Shown: positions 1 to 8,949, counted from the stretch's first letter. The stretch is 64,000 nt of DNA from Bacillales bacterium UBA4694 (GCA_002404835.1 DHKM01000035.1:32921-96920), one strand, 5' to 3'. The notes: a model not told the origin generated them from the letters alone. Made by a program: numbers and translations.

Positions 1-390
1 CACAGCAGAACCACCTATGATCCTTATCTTGCCGTCAATGCCGGAACCGATACGTTCGATTCTTCCGGTTCCGAATCCCAGTATGTCTATCTGTACCGTC
101 TCAACTATGAGAAGGATCCGGAGATGGTCTGGAACATGAGAGAAGCCTGTCATCGTATCCTTTATGTCGTCGGAAATTCCGCTGCCATGAACGGCATGAG
201 CAAAGGCACCATCGTCATTCCGATCATGGGATGGTGGCAGATGGCTTTGATCGATGGCATCATCTATTCTTCCGTCCTGTTTGTCATCTTCTTAGCTTTG
301 GCTATCGTTAGTCAGCGCAAGTACAAGAACAACCTACTTACTTTGGTGGGTTCCGTCGAAACCAAGGAGGACAAGAAAAATGAGAAGTAG
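1..390 (+). CDS. GH3-like glycosidase, C-terminal fragment (5' end outside window) ending in a transmembrane anchor
   Basis: Frame 1 is open from base 1 to TAG 388-390. The tail VWNMREACHRILYVVGNSAAMNGM...WWQMALIDGIIYSSVLFVIFLALAIV aligns by eye with the C-terminus of the complete GH3 at 14432-17443 (VYWLKDATKHILYNKANSNIMQGV...WRIGMYVGWGVVGLFSVLDLAYIALVA), including the terminal hydrophobic helix. Confidence 0.6.
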   Translation, partial: HSRTTYDPYLAVNAGTDTFDSSGSESQYVYLYRLNYEKDPEMVWNMREACHRILYVVGNSAAMNGMSKGTIVIPIMGWWQMALIDGIIYSSVLFVIFLALAIVSQRKYKNNLLTLVGSVETKEDKKNEK

Positions 391-3247
391 AAAGAATAGA
401 CTTACCAAAGCCGGACTTCTATTTGTCATGGCAGGAATGCTTTCTTCCTGCGACTATTCCGATTTCTCCCTGTTCGGATTCTTCTATCACCGCTATATCG
501 ATAACCTCGAAAACAGCTACAAGAAGCCGGGGACCAATACCGGCAATTCCAATAGCGGAAACAATTCCAATGCCGGTTCCTCTTCTACGGAACCTGTCGT
601 CAAGGATTTCGCTCCGCAGGCCTATTCCATGAGCAGGGAAGAGACTATCGACAAAGGAAAGCTCGAGATCTATCAGCAGTTCACTCTCGTAAGCCAAGAG
701 CGTTATGCCCTCACCTATTACTCGAGACTTGTTACCGGTGACACAGCCAAAACCTATGAGTATTATTCCGGTGTCGGTACCTATGAGAGAAGCGGAAACA
801 CCGTCACCATCAACTATGAAGCCAATGTCTTTGCCGATGAGAAGGAGAAGACTTCCTTCTCTGTCGGAACGACGGAGGAAATCCGCAAGAAGAACGTCGA
901 ATCTGCCTTTAAGTCTGCGCTCAATACCATCGCCCTGAACAAGGACGGAAGCTTCGCCTTCGGTACCCAGGCCGATGATTCTACACTCTTTACGGGATTG
1001 TCTACAGCCAATACCTATTATGCCGAACTTGACAATCCGCGTCCTAGTTACAATGTCATCACCTTGATCGACGATACCAATTACTTCATCTCCTCCTTCA
1101 GCAAGGACAGCAAGGATCCGGAGACTCCGGTCTCTGCCTTGATCGGTCTTGGCACCTACAAGACCTATGACATCAAGGATGAATCCATCCATGGCCAGTA
1201 TGAGACGGTCCGTTTCGATAAGGGACATGGTTACATGTTCGCCATGAACGGAACCAGCCCGATGAAGTTCGACCTGAACGAAGCCGACGGTATTTCCACC
1301 TGGTATACCCAGACCTTCAACGGAACCCGTTCGATGCGTGTCACCAAGGAAGGCTATTATTATTCCGTAGAAAGCGGACTGGAGAAATACGATGTCACCA
1401 TCGGTAAGCATTCCTATGAGGTCTTGAAGACCGATGTCGATAGTGATCCGGAGACTCCGGTCGAGAAGCAGAAGTTCTTCAGCCTCAAGGGTCTTAAGAA
1501 CGACGCCTTCACTCTGGATATCTACAAGGACGGGACCTATAAGTTCTGCTTCACCACCTACAATGCCGAAGAGGAAGGTAGTTGGAAATACGATGAGGCA
1601 ACCGACAGTCTTATCCTTACTGCCAAGAAGGACGACAAGGAGAAGATCAATACCTTTGTCAAGGATGCTGAATCCGGAAACTACAAGGTCAACTACGTCT
1701 CTTTGAAGAGCGAACAGATGAGTCAGGAATTTGTCATCGACAGTCAGTCCTGGTCTGATGCCTTCGGAAGCAAGTCCTTGGGTAAGTTCCTGGGTAGCGT
1801 CAATTCCAACATCGCTCTGGAGATCTTCGACAACGGAAACTATGTCTTCAGCTATATCGATGCTTCCAAGAACATCAACTTCAGCGAGAAGGGTGCCTGG
1901 AGCTATGACGCCAAGAAGGATGAGGTCGTTCTGACTCTGGATGACAAGACCAACACCATTTCCAAGAAGGAAGACGGAAGCTATGTCTGTGACTATGTCG
2001 CCAAGGCCAATGCCGGACTGACCCAGACTTTCGTTCTGACCGGAGAACAGTTCAAGAAGACCTTCCCGGTTGTTCTGGATACCTTGAAGGGAGAGAAGAG
2101 CGACAAGTTCACCTTTGCCATCTTCTCCAATTCCACTTTTGCCTTCGCCTATGAGATCCAAAACGGTGATAATATCTTTACCGGAAAGGAAGAGGGAAGC
2201 TATGTCTATGATGAAACCAAGGACTCTGTGACCTTCACGACCCACAACAAGGAAAACGTCATGGCCTTGTCTTCCGACGGACTTAGCTACAAGCTCGAGT
2301 ATGTTTCCTATAAGAATGCCGCACTTTCTCAGACCTTCACCATGGACAGAATCAGCTTTGGCAAAGTCTTCAAGAAGGATATCCTGACTCTCTCCGGACA
2401 GAAGTCCCAGGATACCAAGATGCACTTCTATTCCGACAACACCTATACGTTTGCCTTCTCCGCCAACGGATTCCAGGTCAATGAATCCGGAACCTACGTT
2501 TATGACAAGGAAAACGACCGCCTTGCCCTTACCTGCCAGGATAAGGTCAACTACACCACCCTCAACGAAGACGGAAGCTATACGCTTGAATACATCTCCA
2601 AGAGGAGTGCCCAGATGAACCAGACCTTCATCCTCACTCTTTCCGATATGAAGTCCTCCTTTGCCGTTGAGGCACTGAAGATGAACGGAGCCAGCGGAAA
2701 ACCGATCGACATCTATGTCTATTCCAACCACTCCTATCTCTTCAGCTTTGCGGCCAACGGGTTTACCGTTACCGAGGAAGGAAGCTGGGATTATGATTCT
2801 ACAAATGACCGGGTCCTTTTCCTTCACAACAAGACGGTGAACTATCTGAAGAAGAACGGCGGAAACTACACCATGGATTATGTCTCCGACAGAAGTTCGA
2901 GCCTTACCCAGTCCTATTCCATCACGGAAGCTGAGTTCAGGAAGTCATTCCCGACTCAGCTGGTCGAGCTTTCCGGAAAGAAGAACGCATCCATCAAGTT
3001 CTACTTCTATTCCAACGGTACCTATTGCTTCTACTGGAACAATCCGCAGAGACTTATCCAGGAATACGGTGTCTATCAGTATGATGCATCCACTTCTACC
3101 TTGAACCTCTTCTGCAAGAATACGAAGAACACTCTCGTCAAAAACGAAGATGGTAGCTATACGCTTACCTATCAGACAAACCTCAATGCCGGACTCAATC
3201 AGGAATTCAGTCTGACCAAAGAGGAATTCGAGTCGATCATCGCTTAA
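380..3247 (+). CDS. surface lipoprotein with six tandem ~97-aa modules (function unknown, possible glycan-binding partner of the adjacent GH3)
   Basis: ATG 380 has AAGGAGGA at 364-371 and overlaps the upstream stop. N-terminus MRSRKNRLTKAGLLFVMAGMLSSC is a signal peptide plus lipobox Cys, followed by an N/S/G-rich linker. No catalytic motif recognised. Confidence 0.85.
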   Translation: MRSRKNRLTKAGLLFVMAGMLSSCDYSDFSLFGFFYHRYIDNLENSYKKPGTNTGNSNSGNNSNAGSSSTEPVVKDFAPQAYSMSREETIDKGKLEIYQQFTLVSQERYALTYYSRLVTGDTAKTYEYYSGVGTYERSGNTVTINYEANVFADEKEKTSFSVGTTEEIRKKNVESAFKSALNTIALNKDGSFAFGTQADDSTLFTGLSTANTYYAELDNPRPSYNVITLIDDTNYFISSFSKDSKDPETPVSALIGLGTYKTYDIKDESIHGQYETVRFDKGHGYMFAMNGTSPMKFDLNEADGISTWYTQTFNGTRSMRVTKEGYYYSVESGLEKYDVTIGKHSYEVLKTDVDSDPETPVEKQKFFSLKGLKNDAFTLDIYKDGTYKFCFTTYNAEEEGSWKYDEATDSLILTAKKDDKEKINTFVKDAESGNYKVNYVSLKSEQMSQEFVIDSQSWSDAFGSKSLGKFLGSVNSNIALEIFDNGNYVFSYIDASKNINFSEKGAWSYDAKKDEVVLTLDDKTNTISKKEDGSYVCDYVAKANAGLTQTFVLTGEQFKKTFPVVLDTLKGEKSDKFTFAIFSNSTFAFAYEIQNGDNIFTGKEEGSYVYDETKDSVTFTTHNKENVMALSSDGLSYKLEYVSYKNAALSQTFTMDRISFGKVFKKDILTLSGQKSQDTKMHFYSDNTYTFAFSANGFQVNESGTYVYDKENDRLALTCQDKVNYTTLNEDGSYTLEYISKRSAQMNQTFILTLSDMKSSFAVEALKMNGASGKPIDIYVYSNHSYLFSFAANGFTVTEEGSWDYDSTNDRVLFLHNKTVNYLKKNGGNYTMDYVSDRSSSLTQSYSITEAEFRKSFPTQLVELSGKKNASIKFYFYSNGTYCFYWNNPQRLIQEYGVYQYDASTSTLNLFCKNTKNTLVKNEDGSYTLTYQTNLNAGLNQEFSLTKEEFESIIA
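1475..3244 (+). repeat. six tandem protein-coding repeats (~97 aa each) inside the lipoprotein gene
   Basis: Units start near aa 366, 463, 563, 665, 762 and 858. Each contains FTLDIYKDGTYKF / IALEIFDNGNYVF / FTFAIFSNSTFAF / MHFYSDNTYTF / IDIYVYSNHSYLF / IKFYFYSNGTYCF. Next comes E(E/K/S)G(S/T/A)(W/Y)xYD...D..(L/V)xLT, then EDGSY(T/V)(L/C)(E/D)Y(V/I)S, then (L/M)(T/S/N)Q(T/E/S)F. Divergent at DNA level. Confidence 0.8.
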
Positions 3248-3249
3248 AA

Positions 3250-3305
3250 GCAAACAAAAAGCATTTCCAATCCTGATTCGGATGCGGAAATGCTTTTTTG
3301 TTTGC
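3250..3305. terminator. bidirectional intrinsic terminator between convergent genes
   Basis: Near-perfect inverted repeat (one mismatch, a3260/t3295) gcaaacaaaaagcatttcc (3250-3268) / ggaaatgcttttttgtttgc (3286-3305) with a 17-nt loop. A-run and T-run flanks work on both strands. Confidence 0.8.
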
Positions 3306-3314
3306 AATTTGTTT

Positions 3315-6300
3315 TCAGGAAAGAAGGAACTTGATGTCGTCATCGGATAGAGAGGAGACGCCTCCGTTTCCTTCCACGATTTCGTCGTAGAGGTCTTTCT
3401 TCTGCTTCTGAAGGCTGAGTACCTTTTCTTCGACGGTATCGCGCATGATAAGACGCAAGACGGTGACCGGCCTTGTCTGACCGATTCTGTGGGCTCTGTC
3501 GGTTGCCTGGTTTTCGGCCTGCGGATTCCACCAGGGATCGAGGTGGATTACGGTATCAGCACCGATGAGGTTGAGTCCGACGCCTCCGGCTTTGAGGGAG
3601 ACTAGCATCACCTTGATGTCGTCCTTGGTGTTGAAGTCCTCGCAGAGAGAGAGTCTATCCTTGGCCGAAGTGTCTCCGGTGATGACTCCCGATTGGATGC
3701 TCTCTTCGTCAAGAAGGCTTTTCAGGTCGAGGAGTGCGCTCTTGAAGGAGGAGAAGATGATGGCTTTGTGTCCGTTTTCGATGTTCTCCCTGACTAGGTC
3801 TACGGTGTATTCGAGCTTGGTGCTGGTCGGAAAGTCCTCCAAAAAGGAACCTGGGTCGACGCAGAGCTGACGGAGTCTGGTAAGACTTGCTAGAATCGAG
3901 ATCTTGTTCTCTCCGCTCAGTGCCCTTGCCTTGTCCAGATAAGCAAGATAGAGCATTCTTTCGCTTTCGCTCATGCTGATCAGCACGTTGTCTTCGCTCT
4001 TGCTTGGCAGATCTTTGAGGACGTCGTCCTTTCTTCTTCTTAAGAGGAATGGCCTTAACAGGGTGGCAAGTCTGGTTGCGCTGTCTTTTGTGTCGAGGAA
4101 GGACTGGAAGTCCTTTTCGTCTCCGAGGTATCCCGGCATCAGGAAGTCGAAGATGGACCAGAGGTCGAACGGGGAGTTCTCAAGCGGGGTTCCGGTCAAA
4201 GCAAGGCGGTTTGTGGACTTGAGTCCTAAAAGGGACTGATGTCGTTTGGAGAAGGAATTCTTGATGGACTGGGCTTCGTCAAGGACGATGGTGGCAAAGT
4301 GGATGTTCTTGAAGAAATCTTCGTCCCTCTTGAAGGTATCGTAGGAGATGCAGTAGAGGACTTTTCTGTTCTTCTCGATAGCGGAGATGATCTTCTCTCT
4401 TTCTTCCTTGTTGTTGTCGATGACTTTGGAGGGAAGAGAGGAGAATTTGCGGATTTCCTTTTCCCAGTTGTATAAGACGGCTTTCGGTGTGATGATAAGA
4501 ACCGGTTTTTCTTCCTTCAGAGCCTGGATGTAGCCGATGGTCTGAAGCGTCTTTCCTAGTCCCATCTCATCGGCAAGGATTCCTCCGAATCCGTAATCGT
4601 GAAGGCTGAGAAGATAACGGATTCCGTCTTTCTGGTAGGGTCTGAGTGTCTTTTCCATCTCTTCGGGAAGCTTGACTTTCCTGTCCCTGTATTCCTTGAT
4701 GGAACTCAGGATCTTTTTACAGGAGTCGTCTTCGTCAAGGGCTAGTTTCGTGTTGCCCAGGGAGAAGAGCTTATAGAGCGGAACTTTGTCGTTGGTGAGT
4801 CTGTTCTCGCTGAAGAGCTGGCTTGCTTCCTTGATTTCCTCTCCGCGCAGGAAGACGAATCCGTTCTTGAGAAGGAAGTATTTCTTCTTCTGCTGGTAGG
4901 CAGAAAGGATTTCAAGGAGTTCTTCCTTGGAATAGTCCTTGCTGTCCAAGGTCATGGAGAGATAGTCGCCTTTCTTGGTCATGGAGATGTGGAAGCTGGT
5001 AGGTTCTTTCAGGTTCGCTGGTTTGAGTCTTTCATCGAGGTAAAGGGAGGAGATGTTGGATAGCGGTGTCATATCCTGGGAGAGGAAACGGACGATGTCG
5101 TTTTCGTTCTTGATGGCTCCGTTTTCTTTTCCGCCCATGGAAGCGATAAGGGAGAGATAGGCGGATTTCATGCTCTGTCCGACCAGGGAGCTGATTTCCT
5201 TGGTTTCGTTTCCGTTTTCAAGATAGGTTGTCTTGAAGAGGAGGCCTTTTTCTTCGTCGATGGAAAGATAGAGAGCGATTTCGAAGGGCTTCTTCTCTTC
5301 CTTGCTTGCCTTCTTCTTTCTAAGCGATGTGGAGAGCTTGGGAAGAAGGTCTTTGTTGAAGATGTCCTGGATGTAGGAGAAACTATCGCTTTTTTCCTCA
5401 AGGAAATAGAGATAGGTCTGTTTCATCCTGCTGTCGCTGAAAGGATAGGAAGAGACTTCGTTCTTCTTGAAGTCGAGAGTATAGACGCACTCTTTTCCAA
5501 TCAGGGTGATAAGTTCGTTGGCCTTGTTTTCATAGGCCGGCTGGAAGAGAGGATATCCGTCTTCGTTCAAGGTGAAGGAGACGGCGTCTTTTTCCTTGAT
5601 CTTCGTCTTGACGTCGTTGAAATAGAAGGTTTCGTCCTGCATGACGTCTAACACGTTGCTGAAGACTTCGTAGGGAATCGTATGGGTGGAGACTTTTGCC
5701 ATCTTGGCAAAATGGGTGCTGTTGGAGATACTGGGAAGAATCCGGTCGTAGGGAGAGAAGAAGCTCATCGGTTCCAGGGTGATCTTCATCTTGGTGGAGA
5801 TGGGATATTCGCTTCTTTCCTTGAACCCCACCAGGAACTTTCTCAGATCCTTGACTTCGACGTTCTTCTGCTTGGCAATCAGGGTGATACTGAAACGTAT
5901 CCTTGTTTTGTCCTCGTAGTTGAAGTGGAGACAGGCTCGGACTTTGTCGCTTTGGCTTTCCGTTATGGTATCATCGTCTTTGATTCTGTCCAGCTTCTTC
6001 AGGAAGTCGAGGAATTCCTTTCTCTTCTCCATCTTCGTTTCGGCTTCTTCCGGAGTGAGTCCTTTGACCAGCTCTTCCATGGAGGTGACTTCCGAAAAAA
6101 GGCTCTTTCTTTTCTCTTCGCCAAGGGACTGTTCAAGTTCATAGATATACTGGATGAAAGGGAAGGCTATGTCCTTTTCTTCGAATTTTATCGTAGAGTT
6201 TTCGTCGACGGTGAAGGCAAGATAAGGTTCGGCAAGATTCAGATAGCAATCTGCTAGATCTTTGCAGATTGCCACATAGATGATACATTTCGGGTTGAGC

Positions 6301-6422
6301 TCATAGAAGTAATAGAGATTGTATTTTCCTTTTTTTAGATAATCGAGAGTATAAGCTCCGCATCTCTCGTTGTATGTCCTGATGGTTTTGGATAGAAAAT
6401 CATCGATTTTCGTAAGGAACAT
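3315..6422 (-). CDS. SNF2-family ATPase/helicase with long non-catalytic N-terminal region (bacterial YwqA/RapA-like class)
   Basis: Start placed at ATG 6422 (AAGGAGG 8 nt upstream; the upstream gene's TAG ends at 6424). The ORF-track start at 6485 has no SD. Motifs: LRPYQKDGIRYL, ILADEMGLGKTLQTI (I), VLDEAQSIKN (II), LALTGTPLEN (III), LKAGGVGLNL, DPWWNPQAENQATDRAHRIGQTRPVTV (VI). Confidence 0.9.
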   Translation of the reverse strand: MFLTKIDDFLSKTIRTYNERCGAYTLDYLKKGKYNLYYFYELNPKCIIYVAICKDLADCYLNLAEPYLAFTVDENSTIKFEEKDIAFPFIQYIYELEQSLGEEKRKSLFSEVTSMEELVKGLTPEEAETKMEKRKEFLDFLKKLDRIKDDDTITESQSDKVRACLHFNYEDKTRIRFSITLIAKQKNVEVKDLRKFLVGFKERSEYPISTKMKITLEPMSFFSPYDRILPSISNSTHFAKMAKVSTHTIPYEVFSNVLDVMQDETFYFNDVKTKIKEKDAVSFTLNEDGYPLFQPAYENKANELITLIGKECVYTLDFKKNEVSSYPFSDSRMKQTYLYFLEEKSDSFSYIQDIFNKDLLPKLSTSLRKKKASKEEKKPFEIALYLSIDEEKGLLFKTTYLENGNETKEISSLVGQSMKSAYLSLIASMGGKENGAIKNENDIVRFLSQDMTPLSNISSLYLDERLKPANLKEPTSFHISMTKKGDYLSMTLDSKDYSKEELLEILSAYQQKKKYFLLKNGFVFLRGEEIKEASQLFSENRLTNDKVPLYKLFSLGNTKLALDEDDSCKKILSSIKEYRDRKVKLPEEMEKTLRPYQKDGIRYLLSLHDYGFGGILADEMGLGKTLQTIGYIQALKEEKPVLIITPKAVLYNWEKEIRKFSSLPSKVIDNNKEEREKIISAIEKNRKVLYCISYDTFKRDEDFFKNIHFATIVLDEAQSIKNSFSKRHQSLLGLKSTNRLALTGTPLENSPFDLWSIFDFLMPGYLGDEKDFQSFLDTKDSATRLATLLRPFLLRRRKDDVLKDLPSKSEDNVLISMSESERMLYLAYLDKARALSGENKISILASLTRLRQLCVDPGSFLEDFPTSTKLEYTVDLVRENIENGHKAIIFSSFKSALLDLKSLLDEESIQSGVITGDTSAKDRLSLCEDFNTKDDIKVMLVSLKAGGVGLNLIGADTVIHLDPWWNPQAENQATDRAHRIGQTRPVTVLRLIMRDTVEEKVLSLQKQKKDLYDEIVEGNGGVSSLSDDDIKFLLS

Positions 6423-6423
6423 T

Positions 6424-7791
6424 CTAGTTTCCTCCTTTGTAGAGATGCATGGTCTTGAATTTCTTTCCGGACGTTTCGTAGGCAATAGCCCTTGCTATGG
6501 AGAAGGTCCCGTTATTGACGACTCTTCTGGAGTCTTCGTTGGTGAGATAGGTATAGGATGTTTTGTCGTTATATTGGATCAATCCTACCATCGTCTTGTA
6601 GCAGTCGACGAATTCGGGATTGTAATGGTTTATTTCCTCGCGGACTTCTTTCCTTGCGTCCTTTACCTCGAAGTCGTCCGGCTGATGGGAATGCTTCGGA
6701 TCATAGCCGTAGGCTTCGAGATGTTCGACATGATAGTAATAGAAACGGCTGAAAGAGGGATTGTTTTTCATGACATCGTTAATCTGGTCACCCTCGAAGA
6801 AATAGGCAAGAGGCATGTCATGGCCATGGTATCTGTTGCTTTTGACTTCTTCAAGCAGCTCGTCTTTGGTGATCAGTGCGCGTAGGGAGAAATATTCCTT
6901 CGGACTGGCAGCACTCAGGATGAGTCTTTGGGCGATTTCCTTTTTCTTGTCCTGATATCCGTGGGAGCAGAGATAACGGAGGATTTCCAGCTGGCTGTAT
7001 TCGTCGTTGTCTGTGTTCAAAGCGGAAGCATCTTCCCGCATGATGGACTCATATAGTCCGTCCGGTTTGTTCTTTTCGATATAGTAGGAAATCAGTTCGT
7101 CTGTTTTCAGACCTGCTCCGCCGTATTGGGACATGAGAAAATCCGCACAATTGTCATGGACGGAAAAGACAGGATATCTGATCAGAAGGGGAAGAAGGTC
7201 TGTTCTTTTCATTCCGATTCCGTCTTTCAGTGCCTGGATGACGCTGGCTTCCGTGGAACTGTCCAAATGGAAATCGTTTTTCATGGCCAAGGCACAATAG
7301 AAAGCGGATTTCATTTCCCACTTCAGTCCGGCTATGTTCTTTCGGATCTCCTTCAGGAAGGTATATTCGCTGGTTGTCCTCATGTTGGTGAAGATATCCA
7401 TGTGCTCCGTCAGTTCCTTTGCCATTTGGTTGGTGGGAAGGGAGGTGATATCGTAGAGAATCGATGCGGCAAGATAGCTCTTGTAGGATTTGGAGGTGGC
7501 GGAGTTGTAGTTCTCCGTTTCGATTTGGATGTTCTTCTTTATGGCATCTGTTTTCTGCATCCGATAATAGGACATGGAACTCAGAGATTCCGGACATCCT
7601 TTCGGTATCAGTTTCCGGATGGCTTCCGATGTCTTGAGTTCATCCGGAGCTCCTTTCCCGTCTTTTTCCAGAAGGACATAGGAACCGGAATAGTATTCCG
7701 GAAGGCAGAAAAGAACCTGGTACTGCATTCCGTTATCTTTGATCAGATATTCGAAGCACATTTCATTGTATCTGAGTAATGTTTTTGTCAT
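6424..7791 (-). CDS. hypothetical 455-aa protein, translationally coupled upstream partner of the SNF2 ATPase
   Basis: ATG 7791 preceded by GAGGGA. Its stop TAG (6424-6426) lies 1 nt from the SNF2 ATG. Predicted soluble, largely helical-looking, with no motif I can assign. Confidence 0.75.
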   Translation of the reverse strand: MTKTLLRYNEMCFEYLIKDNGMQYQVLFCLPEYYSGSYVLLEKDGKGAPDELKTSEAIRKLIPKGCPESLSSMSYYRMQKTDAIKKNIQIETENYNSATSKSYKSYLAASILYDITSLPTNQMAKELTEHMDIFTNMRTTSEYTFLKEIRKNIAGLKWEMKSAFYCALAMKNDFHLDSSTEASVIQALKDGIGMKRTDLLPLLIRYPVFSVHDNCADFLMSQYGGAGLKTDELISYYIEKNKPDGLYESIMREDASALNTDNDEYSQLEILRYLCSHGYQDKKKEIAQRLILSAASPKEYFSLRALITKDELLEEVKSNRYHGHDMPLAYFFEGDQINDVMKNNPSFSRFYYYHVEHLEAYGYDPKHSHQPDDFEVKDARKEVREEINHYNPEFVDCYKTMVGLIQYNDKTSYTYLTNEDSRRVVNNGTFSIARAIAYETSGKKFKTMHLYKGGN

Positions 7792-7814
7792 CTGTTTTCC
7801 CTCACATGTCTTTT

Positions 7815-7823
7815 ATTATAGCA
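7815..7823 (-). promoter_or_regulatory. extended -10 promoter element (TGcTATAAT) for the partner/SNF2 operon
   Basis: The minus strand reads tgctataat about 23 nt upstream of ATG 7791. No good -35, as usual for extended -10 promoters. Confidence 0.45.
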
Positions 7824-8209
7824 TAGGCGTTTTCTAGGACTCTCATTGATCCGTCTTTTTCTTCCTCGTTTGAGTGAAGAAAGTGGCTCGAAAACCGGGT
7901 AATGAAGATGGTTCTTTCGGAGTTTTCAATAGACCAGAAGAAATCACTTCCGTTTATTCGGCCATCAGAAAGCTACTGTGTTAGGGATTCGTTGCCTTCG
8001 AAACAGCGATTCATGAAAAATTTCAGTTTCCAGTTCTTCGGATTGTCAAAAACTCATAAACCCACATTCCGGTCTAATGTTGTTTGTAGAATTGATTTTC
8101 GTATTTTCCTTCCTGTTGTCTGGGAAGCTTTCCTTTCTTGTGATTGTCATATGGTTTTTCTTGAAATGCTTGAAGAATGTGAGACAATTCTAGGGTAGGA
8201 GGAAAAAAC

Positions 8210-8845
8210 ATGAAAGTACTGATGCTTAATGGTTCCCTGCATGAAAAGGGAAACACATATACTGCTCTAAAGGAAATACAGGAGGAGTTTCTGGAACTTG
8301 GAATCGAGTCCGAGATATTCCAGATCGGAATCAATCCGATCCGTGACTGTACGGGTTGTAGAGGATGCAAGAAATCGGGATACTGCGTCTTTGACGATGA
8401 TGCCACCAACAGGTTCATCGAAAAGGCAAAGCAGGCAGACGGTTTTGTTTTTGCCTCACCGACCTATTATGCCCATCCTTCCGGGAGAATCCTCTCCCTT
8501 CTTGACCGGGTGTTCTATTCCAATGCGAAGATGTTCGCCTTCAAGCCGTGTGCTTCTGTTGCCGTAGCCAGAAGAGGAGGGACTTCCACAACGTTCGATG
8601 TTCTGAACAAGTATGCGACGATCTCCAACATGATTCTTATCGGATCTTCGTACTGGAACAATGTCTTCGGTGCTCTTCCGGGAGAGGCAAGTCAGGATGA
8701 GGAAGGTCTTCAGACCATGAGAAATATTGCCAGGAACATGAGCTATGTCTTAAGGCTCATCGAAAACGGAAAGAAGAACGGAATCCTTCCTGAACCTGTC
8801 GAACATGATAGACATACGAATTTCATACGGACGGAAAAGAAATAG
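8210..8845 (+). CDS. flavodoxin-like fold NAD(P)H-dependent FMN reductase / iron-sulfur flavoprotein (Isf)-like
   Basis: SD GGAGGA 6 nt upstream. N-terminal MKVLMLNGSLHEKGNT is a flavodoxin-like reductase start. Compact Cys cluster DCTGCRGCKKSGYC (C-x2-C-x2-C-x5-C) as in Isf-type proteins. FASPTYY flavin-site motif. Confidence 0.75.
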   Translation: MKVLMLNGSLHEKGNTYTALKEIQEEFLELGIESEIFQIGINPIRDCTGCRGCKKSGYCVFDDDATNRFIEKAKQADGFVFASPTYYAHPSGRILSLLDRVFYSNAKMFAFKPCASVAVARRGGTSTTFDVLNKYATISNMILIGSSYWNNVFGALPGEASQDEEGLQTMRNIARNMSYVLRLIENGKKNGILPEPVEHDRHTNFIRTEKK

Positions 8846-8949
8846 CAGATAAACGTTTCGCAGTTTCGGAAAATAGACTTTCTTTTGAAAAAATGCCATA
8901 ATATGCCTACGAATTCTATTGTTTGAAAAAAATCTTAGAGGAGAAAAAC

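Noticed and set aside
419-2827. Very long antisense ORFs: 802 aa opposite the lipoprotein gene, and similar ones at 9247-10599, 34891-35862, 42264-43100, 57928-59049, 61363-62379 and elsewhere.
   Set aside because: The 802-aa ORF is exactly codon-aligned with the sense gene, so it only requires that the sense gene avoid TTA, CTA and TCA codons. That fits the visible preference for CTT/CTC/CTG and TCC/TCT. The translations are low-complexity (G/I/V/D/L-rich), lack SD sequences and start contexts, and the sense strands carry unmistakable protein families. This is a codon-usage artefact, not overlapping genes.
6423-6485. The N-terminal extension of the SNF2 ORF (MPTKRPERNSRPCISTKEETR) overlapping the upstream gene.
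   Set aside because: The internal ATG 6422 has a strong AAGGAGG SD and abuts the stop of the upstream gene, the classic coupled arrangement. The extension would overlap the partner gene by 62 nt with no SD.
7902-8198. A 98-aa ORF in the divergent intergenic region, and the overlapping 114-aa ORF at 8074-8418 on the minus strand.
   Set aside because: Neither has an SD or a recognisable motif, and the composition is odd (Phe/Ser/Cys-rich). The second runs antisense into the well-supported flavoprotein gene.
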